From assembly GCF_021730395.1 (NCBI RefSeq), contig NC_069372.1, positions 62,911,754 through 62,975,753 of the forward strand: 64,000 nt of DNA. The letters run 5' to 3'. This stretch comes from Mercenaria mercenaria. Lineage: Eukaryota. The translations under genes and the position numbers were made by a program. The notes under the pieces are model-generated. The model was not told the origin of the DNA. It made no database searches and saw nothing but the letters and a program-made list of their open reading frames with translations. Numbering within the stretch: position 1 is the first letter of the stretch; every line of letters starts with the position of its first letter. Shown piece by piece: positions 23,118 to 33,083 of the stretch.

Positions 23118-25999
23118 CAAGAGGGCCAAGATGGCCCTAGGTCGCTCACCTGAGAAACACACCATAACACATCATAACAGTGTAAACATGTTTGACCTAG
23201 TGATTTCATGGAAAAAAATATTCTGGCAGTTATCATTAAAATTGGAGCTAAAATCTTGAGTATAAACAAGTATTTTCTTTGATTTGACCTAGTGACCTAG
23301 TTTTTAACCCCAGATGACCCATATTCGAACTTGACCTAGATTTCATCAAGGCTATCATTCCGATCATATTTCATGAAGATCAATTGAAAAATACAGCCTC
23401 TATCGCATACACGAGGTTTTTCTTTGATTTAACTTAGTGACCTACTTTTTGACCCAAGATGACCCATATTCAAATTCTACATAGATTTCATCAAGGGAAT
23501 CATTCTGACTTAATTTCAGGAAGATCAATTGAAAAATACAGCCTCTATCACTTACACAAGGTTTTTCTTTGATTTGACCTAGTGACCTACTTTTTGACCC
23601 CAAATGACCCATATTCGAACTTGAACTAGATTTTATCAAGGCAATCATTCTGACTTAATTTCAGGAAGATCAACTGAAATGTTTTTCTTTGATCTGACCT
23701 AGTGACCTAGTTTTTGATACCAGATGACCCATTTTCAAATGAAGCCTAGATTTCATTAAGGTTATCATTCTGACTTAATTTCAGGAAGATCAATTGAAAA
23801 ATACAGCCTCTATCGCATATACACAAGGTTTTTCTTTGATTTGAACTAGTGACCTACTTTTTGAACCAAGATTCGATCTTGACCTAGATTTCATCAAGGC
23901 AATCATTCTGGCGAAAATTCATGAAGATTAATTGAACAAGAGGGTCATGATGACCCTGGATTGCTCACCAGAATAATATGAGCTACATGTTTCAAATGTC
24001 AAACTGATGATTTTTAGAAATTTTTTGGAAGATTTTCCGATGTACAATCAAGTAACCCTGGGGAGGGGCCAATTTTACCCCGGGGGTCATGATTTGAACA
24101 AAGTTTGTAGAAGTCTACTAGGAAATGTTACATATCAAATATCTAAGATCTAGACCTTCTGGTTTTTTTTAGAAAATTTATGAAGATTTCCCTATGTACA
24201 ATCAAGTAACCCCTGGGGCTAGGTCAATTTGACCCTGGGGGTCAAGATTTAAACAACTTTTGTAGAGGTCCACTAGGCAATGCTACATGTCAAATATCTA
24301 AGCTCTAGGCCTTCTGGTTTATTTTTAGAAAATTTTGAAGATTTTTCTATGTACAATCAAGTAACCCCATGGGGCGGGGTCAATTTGGCCCTGGGGGTCA
24401 TGATTTGAACAAATTTTGTAGAAGTCTACTAGGCAATGCTACATGTCAAATATCTAAGATCTAGGCCTTCTGGTTTATTTTTAGAAAATTTTGAAGATTT
24501 TTCTATGTACAATCAAGTAACCCCATGGAGCGGGGTCAATTTGACCTGGGGGTCATGATTTGAACAAATTTTGTAGAAATCTATTAGGCAATGCTACACG
24601 TCAAATATCTAAGATCTAGGCCTTTTGGTTTATTTTTAGGAATTTTTTGAAGATTTTCCTATGTAAAATCAAGTGACCCCTGGGGCGGGGTCAATTTTGA
24701 CTCCGGGGGTCATGATTTGAACAAATTTTGTAGAGGTCCACTAGGCAATGCTACACGTGAAATATCTAAGCTCTAGGCCTTCTGGTTTATTTTTAGAAAA
24801 TTTTTGAAGATTTTCTATGTAAAATCAAGTGACCCCTGGGGCGGGGTCAATTTTGACCCCGGGGTCATGATTTGAACAACTTTAGTAACTTTAGCTCTAG
24901 GGCTTCTGGTTTTTGAGAAGAAGATTTTTTAAGATTTTTCTATGTAAAATCAAGTGACCCCTGGGGCGGGGTCAGTTTTGACCCCGGGGTCATGATTTGA
25001 ACAAAATTGGTAGAGGTCCACCAGGCAATGCTTCACACCAAATATCTAAGCTCTAGGGCTTCTGGTTTTTGAAAAGAAGATTTTTAAAGTTTTTCCTTTC
25101 GGTTGCCATGGCAACCAGAGTTCTGCATGGAATTCAATTCTTTGAACAATTTTTGTAGAGCTTCACCCAAGGAACATTCCTGTGAAGTTTGGATGAAATT
25201 TGCCAAGCGGTTTATGAGGAGATGTCGTTTGAAGTAAAAGTTTACGGACGACGGATGCCGGACGGTGACCCATCCTAATAGCTCACCCTGAGCCTTTGGC
25301 TCTGGTGAGCTAAAAATACAACCTCTATCGCATACACAAGGATTTTTTTAGATTTGACCTAGTGACCTAGTTTTTGATCCCAGATGACCCATTTTCGAAC
25401 TTGGCCTAGATTTCATCAAGGTTATCATTCTGACCAAATTTCATGAAGATCAGTTGAAAAATACAGCCTCTATCGCACACACAAGGTTTTTCTTTGATTT
25501 GACCTAGTGACCTATTTTTTGATCCCAGATGACCCATTTTTGAAATCGGCCTAGATTTTATCAAGATAATCATTCTGACCAAAATTCATGAAGATTAATT
25601 GAAAAATACAGCCTCTATCGCATACACAAGGTTTTTCTTTGATTTGATCTAGTGACCTACTTTTTGACCCCAGATGACCCATATTCGAACTTGACCTAGA
25701 TTTCATCAAAGCATTCATTCTGACCAAATTTCATGAAGATTAATTGAAAAATACAGCCTCTATTGTATACACAAGGTTTTTCTTTGATTTGACCTAGTTA
25801 CCTAGTTTTTGACCCCAGATAACCCATTTTCGAACTCGGCCTAGATTTCATCAAGGTAATGATTCTGACCAAATTTCACAAAGATCAGTTGAAAAATAAA
25901 GCCTCTATCGCATACACAAGCTAAATATTGACAGACGACAGACAGACAGACAGATAGACGCCGGAAGTCGGACATCAAGCGATCACAAAAAGGTGAGCT
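23118..25999 (+). mobile_element. Helentron-like element (outer copy) with a ~165 bp 'tgacctagtttttgacccc...catgaagatcaattgaaaaatacagcctctatcgcatacacaagg' array. It is interrupted by a nested copy at 23938-25320; its 3' end carries (GACA)n: acagacgacagacagacagacagatagacgccggaagtcggacatcaagcgatcacaaaaaggtgagctaaaaag
   Basis: 5' aaacaagagggccaagatggccctaggtcgctcacctgag. The same satellite type resumes after 25321 and ends at the conserved 3' terminus. Confidence 0.75.
23938..25320 (+). mobile_element. Nested Helentron-like element carrying a different ~165 bp satellite (gtaaccccatggggcggggtcaatttgaccctgggggtcatgatttgaacaaattttgtagaagtctactaggcaatgctacatgtcaaatatctaag)
   Basis: 5' aacaagagggtcatgatgaccctggattgctcacc; 3' ...gacggatgccggacggtgacccatcctaatagctcaccctgagcctttggctctggtgagctaaaaatac. 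The host unit ...catgaagattaattga|element|aaaaatacaacctctatcgc is split exactly by the insertion. Confidence 0.8.
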
Positions 26000-26134
26000 A
26001 AAAAGTGAACACATGACAAAAAAAATCTTTACTTACATTTGTCTTTCCAAACTGAATTTATCAAACTTTTTAAATGAAAATGATAATTTGATTATGACCA
26101 AGCTTGGGATTTAGTCAAAAAGCAACAGCCTGAA

Positions 26135-26520
26135 AATCAACAATCCTAAAGCCTGGAATCCTTTTTTCAACAGAATTATACAGGGAAACTCCAGATGTCA
26201 AAAACCTGAAATCCTTTTTCAATAGAGTTATACATGGAAACTCCAGCTGTCAAAAGCCTGGAATCCTTTTTCAATAAAGTTATAGAGGGAAACTCCAGCT
26301 GTCAAAAGCCTGGAATCCTTTTTCAATAGAGTTATACAGGAAAACTCCAGCTGTCAAAAGCCTTGAATTCTTTTTCAATAGAATTATACAGGGGAACTGC
26401 AGCTGTCAAAAGCCTGGAATCCTTTTTCAATAGAGTTATACAAGGGAACTCTGGCTGTCAAAAGCCTGGAATCCTTTTTCAATAGAGTTATACAGGGAAA
26501 CTCCGGCTGTCAAAAGCCTA
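26135..26520. repeat. ~58 bp minisatellite, about 7 units (aaagcctggaatcctttttcaatagagttatacagggaaactccagctgtc)
   Basis: Read directly. Confidence 0.85.
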
Positions 26521-26849
26521 AAGTCAAGACTAGTCTTGAAAAAAAATCTCAACCCTGTATGACACTTCGTGACAAAATCCTCCATTTGTCAGTAAACGTA
26601 AACAAAAAGGAAAAGCAAAGCGTTTCAGCAAGCTCTAAGCTGTAATATTTATAAAACACCCATGCAGTCTGTAAAATACATGTAAAGTCTATCTACTGTA
26701 TAAGTGTCACAGTAATATGTTGATTTAAAACTGAAGGAATTTACATGCTAGGCTTCACTTCACACTCATACAATTTAAATATGAATGTTTATTATTACAT
26801 CACGATTGGCAATAAAATCTTAAGAAGATCCTCATGAGAGGTTTTTTTT

Positions 26850-27075
26850 TTTTTTCTTGAGTTTAATGTCGCACTGACACAATTACAGGTCATAAGGCGA
26901 CTTTCCAGCTTCAATGTTGGAGCTGGCACCTGGGTAGAACCACCAACCTTCCGTAAGCCAGCTTCTCACATGAAGATTCCAACGCCCCAACAGGCTCAAA
27001 CCCACATCGGTGAAGGGCAAGTGATTAGAAGTAAACTACCTTAACCACTCTGCCACAGAGGTCCCACATGAGAGG
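26850..27075 (-). mobile_element. tRNA-derived SINE copy (same family), preceded by a T19 tract
   Basis: ggcgactttccagcttcaatgttggagctggcacctgggtagaaccaccaaccttccgtaagccagcttctcacatgaagattccaacgccccaacaggctcaaacccacatcggtgaagggcaagtgattagaagtaaactaccttaaccactctgccacagaggtccc. Confidence 0.55.
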
Positions 27076-27835
27076 TAGTGGAACATGCAACACCTCTCAT
27101 CACCTAGCACATGCTTATGCAAAATTCTATTACAAAGGTATCGAATGACAAGAAAATATACCAACACTGAACACATGTGTGAGGAGACTTTTTACAGCTC
27201 TTTTTAAGTCGTTATAGAAGTTGTTCTCCTCAGAATTATGATGTTGTGATGAACACCCCAAGAGTGACTCTTTTAATTAGAATATTTTGCAATCATTTGA
27301 AATTCCCATGTTTTGTAATACAAACTGCCTGGAGATATTTGTCAAGAAAACATTCTACACAGATAAGCATATTTGGAAAAATGTTACACTACATAATATA
27401 CAATTCTAGGGCCCAAGGGCTATTTCACCAAAAATGTCAACCTACCAGTACTTTTTCTACCATAATTTTTCATTAGGTTCATAATTGTCTGTCAAACATG
27501 TTTCTCCAGGTAGTTACAGTGGTTTTGAAAATTATGTATATTACACTTAAAATAAATAATGAACTTTTTAAGTATAAAATTCCAGAAATTCAATACAAGT
27601 GAGAGAATTAAGGGAATAATGAGAAACTAGTGTCATTCTTTTCTACACTACAGTTTTCAATATTACCTGTAAACATGTTCTCAGTGTAGAAAGCTGGGGC
27701 TGCCGAAGAAGATTCCTCACTATGGTACTGGTTCTAACCCCTTGCCATATCCTAACTGGATCTAAAATCACATGTGTGTCTAAATCTTCAAGAGGTAAAT
27801 CAATCAAGTATGAATGCTGGAAAGAACCTCTCTTG

Positions 27836-28545
27836 GACAAAATCACCCCCGCCTCCCATCCCCCTGTTTAATTTCACCACGGCAGACAAAATCCCCACTT
27901 TGATATTGTGGTTTAAAAAAAAACAAGAAATGCGGCAATGCCACGAAACCAGGTTTTCAACACTTTTCATAAGAATAAAAAAGTATACTGAATCACAGTG
28001 CACCACTTTAAAGCACAACCCTAACCCTAACCTAACCCTAACCCTATTTTTAGTAACAATGACCTTGACCTTGATCCCAGAAACCCCAAAATCAATCCCA
28101 AGCTACAACTTTATATAAGTTTTCTATACACCAAGTTTCATCATGATAGCTCATTCCTAAGTTAAGTTATTGACCGGAAACCCTATTTTAAGTAATAGTG
28201 ACCTTGACCTTGACCCCGGAAACCCCAAAATCAATCCCAGCCTTTGTCTTGATATAAGCTACATACATACCAAGTTTTATTCAAATATCTTTACCGAAAC
28301 AAAAGTTATTGACCGGAAACACCAGTTTGACGCCGCCCGCCCAACCAATGACATACCCCAATCTAATAAAATACAAGAAATTTAGAAGTCACAATTTTTT
28401 AAATATGATAATATCAAAAACTTTTAATTTGGAATGAAGTGAAAATCTGGAAATAATTGAAAATTATAAGGGGGGATTTTGTCCACCATAATCAAAATCA
28501 GCAAAGGTAATTTTTGTTGGAGAGGGTGGGGATTTTGTCCATATC
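27836..28545. mobile_element. TIR-bounded element: ~60 bp inverted termini with tandem GACAAAATCCCC motifs, flanking an interstitial telomeric repeat and two ~135 bp 'gaccttgaccttga' units
   Basis: The left end ...cccgcctcccatccccctgtttaatttcaccacggcagacaaaatcccc matches the reverse complement of the right end ggggggattttgtccaccataatcaaaatcagcaaaggtaatttttgttggagagggtggggattttgtcc. The same motif occurs at 51325-51350. Confidence 0.5.
28016..28046 (-). repeat. Interstitial telomeric repeat (CCCTAA)5, i.e. TTAGGG on the minus strand
   Basis: aaccctaaccctaacctaaccctaaccct. Confidence 0.9.
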
Positions 28546-29106
28546 CTATATAGTACAAATCTGCAGTAAAGGACTGAAACAAATCTAGAATGATAGTAAC
28601 TATGTGACTGATGTAAAATCATCATGGTGCTACATCTTTGAATAATGGCATTAACCATTTTATTGCAGTTAAGAAATCATAACCTCTGTAATAATTACAA
28701 CTACTAATGACAATGAAAAAACTCAACACAAAAATTCATTCTTGATAATCTTATGGACTATATTTTATCACTCCTCAACATCCAATGCATATGATGGAGT
28801 AAAAGCATAATTAGCTTAAAAAGCTCAATAAGACACATTATGAAACACATTTTGTTGCACCAACATGTCAATCATTATACAGTAAACCTCACTTATAAGG
28901 AACTCGGATATAAGGAACACTCGTTTATAAGGAACAGTTTTCAATTCCCCAACCTAATTCCTTCTTTATTCAATGTAAAAATCCTCGGTTATAGGGAACT
29001 CGGTTATAAGGAACACTCGGTTATAAGGAACACTTTTTCTAGTCCCAAAGTAAGAAATTCAATGGAAAACCCCTCGGTTATAGCGAACAGACATAAAAAG
29101 AATAAC

Positions 29107-30590
29107 AAGAGGGTCATGATGACCCTGGATCGCTCACCTGAGTAATATGAGCTACATGTTTCAAATGTCAAACTGATGATTTTTAAAAAGAAATTGGAAG
29201 ATTTTCCTATGTACAATCAAGTAACCCCTGGGGCGGGCCAATTTCACCCCGGGGGTCATGATTTGAACAAAGTTTGTAGAAGTCTACTAGGCAATGTTAC
29301 ATATCAAATATCTAAGATCTAGGCCTTCTGGTTTATTTTTAGCAAATTTATGAAGATTTCCCTATGTACAATCAAGTAACCCCTGGGGCTGGGTCAATTT
29401 GACCCTGGGGGTTCAAGATTTGAACAAATTTTGTAGAGGTCCATTAGGCAATGCTACATGTCAAATATCTAAGCTCTAGGCCTTCTGGTTTATTTTTAGA
29501 AAATTTTGAAGATTTTTCTATATACAATCAAGTAACCCCATGGGGCGGGGTCAATTTGACCCTGGGGGTCATGATTTTAACAAATTTTGTAGAAGTCTAC
29601 TAGGCAATGCTACATGTCAAATATCTAAGACCTATGCCTTCTAGTTTATTTTTAGAAAAATTTTGAAGATTTTCCTATGTAAAATCAAGTGACCCCTAGG
29701 GCGGGGTCATGATTTGAACAAATTTTGTAGAAGTCTACTAGGCAATGCTACATATTAAATATCTAAGCTCTAGGCCTTCTGGTTTATTTTTAGAAATTTT
29801 TTGAAGATTTTCCTATGTAAAATCAAGTGACCCCTGGGGCGGGGTCAATTTTGACCCAGGGGGTCAACAAATTGTGTAGAGGTCCACTAGGCAATGCTAC
29901 ATGTCAAATATCTAAGCTCTAGGCCTTCTGGTTTATTTTTTAAAATAACAAATTTTGTAGAGGTCCACTAGTCAATGCTACATGTCAAATATCTAAGCTC
30001 TAGGCCTTCTGGTTTATTTTTTAAAACATTTTGAAGATTTTCTTATATAAATCTATGTAAAATCAAGTGACCCCTGGGGCGGGGTCAATTTTGACCCCGG
30101 GGTTATGATTTGAACAACTTTAGTAGAGGTCCAATAGTCAATGCTACAAGTCAAATATCTAAGCTCTAGGGCTTCTGGTTTTTGAGAAGAAGATTTTTTA
30201 AGATTTTCCTATGTAAAATCAAGTGACCCCTGGGACAGGGTCAATTTTGACCCCGGGGTCATGATTTGAACAAATTTGGTAGAGGTCCACTAGGCAATGC
30301 TTCACACCAAATATCTAAGCTCTAGGGCTTCTGGTTTTTGACAAGAAGATTTTTAAAGGTTGAGTTCTGCATGGAATTCAATTCTTTGAACAATTTTTAA
30401 AGGGGGCCACCCAAGGATCATTCCTGTGATGTTTGGTGTAATTCTGCCCAGTGGTTTTCAAGAAGATTTTTTTAGAAATTGTTGACGGACGACGCACGAC
30501 TGACGATGCATGACGGACATCAAGCAGTCACAATAGCTCACCTTGTCACTTCGTGACAGGTGAGCTAAAAATTATTGAAAACCGGAGAAT
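29107..30590 (+). mobile_element. Helentron-like element, the same subfamily and satellite as 23938-25320
   Basis: 5' aacaagagggtcatgatgaccctggatcgctcacctgagtaatatgagctacatgtttcaaatgtcaaactgatgatttttaaaaag; 3' gacggacgacgcacgactgacgatgcatgacggacatcaagcagtcacaatagctcaccttgtcacttcgtgacaggtgagctaaaaatt. Confidence 0.8.
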
Positions 30591-31642
30591 CGCTGATGAT
30601 GTCAGAGTAACGTCGTCACTTTCACGCGCTTTCATGCACATGAATAAACACAAATTATTTCATTTCTATGATCTTCAGTTTGTTAATTCATGGATACGAT
30701 AAAAAGAAAATATATAATATCATCAAATCACCAAATACTAGACGATAGTAGAATTATATTTGCTCAAGATTATGCTCGAGAGCTACATGTATTAGGTATT
30801 TCATGTTAACAATAGTGAACGAAAATCAGTCACAGTCACGGTCATATTATCCTAAATAAATGTGCTAATTACACCTGATTAACAATAGCAAACAGTCCAG
30901 TTTACCAAATTTCCAATTGTAAAAATTATAGCAGGTGCTAAAATGGACAAAAGCAAAAATATAGGACTGGTATAATTTACACTTTAAATAATCCGTATGT
31001 ATGGGGGCGTTGTCTAGTCGTAATACACTGTATGTCATAAACACCCTACTTTTAAATTTTAATGCGTAGTCTAATTTAACATTTTGTAATAAAAAAAAAT
31101 TAACATGCAGTCAAGCAAGGTAAGGGGAGTAACTGCAACATATAGTCATTGTGTAGCACTCATTAAAAAGAAGATAGAAATAACCGACAAAAATTAACAT
31201 AAATTACAGTCATTCTTACCGACAAACATTTTGGCTTGGTTTAGGTTTATATCGCCGTGTTTCAACACTATTTCAGTCATATACATGCAGGCAGTTTACC
31301 TTAATTACCATCTCTCCAGGAAAGGACCGGTGCTAAAAATGCAACATTCTCCCATAAAGATTCAAGCTCGGCCCGGAGTGTGAACACACAGCCCTTATCA
31401 AACAGTCATCAGTCATAGTGTTCGCTACACAACCTGTGTTTGTTATACAAACCTCGATTACAAGGAACTAGTTCGCTATACGGATATAAGGAACCTCGGT
31501 TATAAATAATTTTTAGAAGTCCCAAGCTGTTTCCTTATAAGCAAGGTTTACTGTATTTGTTTTTGGAATTAAATATCATATATACATAGCCCTGTATTCT
31601 TATGAACTAACAGAATAAATGAAATATTTTCATGAACTTTAC

Positions 31643-32945
31643 CTGTATCTATGTGTTCCTGTGCTGCTTTTTGTTCAATTTTCCTGATCTCCAAGAGATT
31701 TGTTACATCTTTGAGACTATTGTTATCTTCGCCTAAAGCTTTTCCTTTGCTTTTCTTTGTTATTTCAGATTCAGGGTTGTTAGATTTGTTTCTATCCTTC
31801 ATTTTGGTCTTCTGTTCTTTGTTTAAATCATATCTTGACAATGAAGAACTCCTTGAACTTCTATGGAACCTAAACATCCTTGCTCTATCTCTTGATTGGC
31901 TTTTTGTGTATGTTCTTCTCCTTTGTATTCTTCTTCTTGGAGAGTTACTTCTGGATTTTCCAATAAATCTGTCTCTTGATCTTGCATACCTGTGTCTTGA
32001 TGTTCTTGGTGACAAACTTCTTGATCTTCTATGAAAAATACTTACTGGAGATCTTATTGATCTTCTTGGAGACCTACTTCTTAATCTTCTTGGAGACCTA
32101 CTTCTTAATCTTCTTGGAGATCTACTTCTTGATCTTCTCATAAATCTACTTCTTAATCTTCTTGGAGATCTACTTTTTGATCTCCTCTGAGATATACTTC
32201 TTGATCTTCTCATAAATCTACTTCTTAATCTTCTTCTTGATCTTCTCATAAATCTACTTCTTGAACTTCTCAGAGATCTAATTCTTGATCTTCTCAGAGA
32301 CCTACTTCTTGATCTTCTCAGAGACCTACTTCTAGATCTTCTCAGAGACCTACTTCTTGACCTTCTCCATGACCTACTTCTTGATCTTCTCGGAGACCCA
32401 CTTCTTGATCTTATCGGAGACCCACTCCTTGACCTTTTCAGAGACCTACTTCTTGACCTTCTCCGCGACCTACTTCTTGATCTTCTCGGAGACCCACTTC
32501 TTGATCTTCTCAGAGACCCACTTCTTGATCTTCTCAGAGACCCACTTCTTGATCTTATCGGAGACCCACTTCTTGATCTTTTCGGAGACCTACTTCTTGA
32601 CCTTCTCCGCGACCTACTTCTTGATCTTCTCGGAGACCCACTTCTTGATCTTCTCAGAGACCCACTTCTTGATCTTCTCAGAGACCTACTTCTTGATCTT
32701 CTCGGAGACCCACTTCTTGATCTTCTTAGAGACCCACTTCTTGATCTTCTCGGAGACCTACTTCTTGATCTTCTTAGAGACCCACTTCTTGATCTTCTCG
32801 GAGACCTACTTCTTGACCTTCCGCTAGACCTACTTCCTGATCTTCTAAAAGACCCACTTCTTGATCTTCTGAGAGACCTATTTCTTGATCGTCTCAGAGA
32901 CAAACTTCTTGATCTTCTATGTGACATACTGCTTGATCTTTTCAA
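31643..32945 (-). CDS. Probable continuation of the same RS domain ([22 protein letters not shown]...) ending ...[17 protein letters not shown] at a donor ACAG|gtaaag (31641-31642). It is separated from the upstream ORF by a frameshift within a ~570 bp tandem duplication.
   Basis: Track ORF 31569-32945. The same 60-aa block ([40 protein letters not shown]...) occurs in both ORFs. The DNA segment 32360-33000 is duplicated at 32930-33600. Confidence 0.55.
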
Positions 32946-33083
32946 AGACCCACTTCTTGATCTTCTTGGAAGCCTCCATCTTGATCTTCTTGGGGACCTA
33001 CTTCTTGATCTTCTTGGGGACCTACTTCTTGATCTTCTAGAGATCTACTTCTTGATCTTCTCGGAGACCCACTTCTTGATCTT

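Noticed and set aside
28016-28046. Telomeric repeat as a chromosome end
   Set aside because: Only 5 units are present, and they are flanked on both sides by unique and repetitive sequence inside a TIR-bounded element, so the repeat is interstitial.
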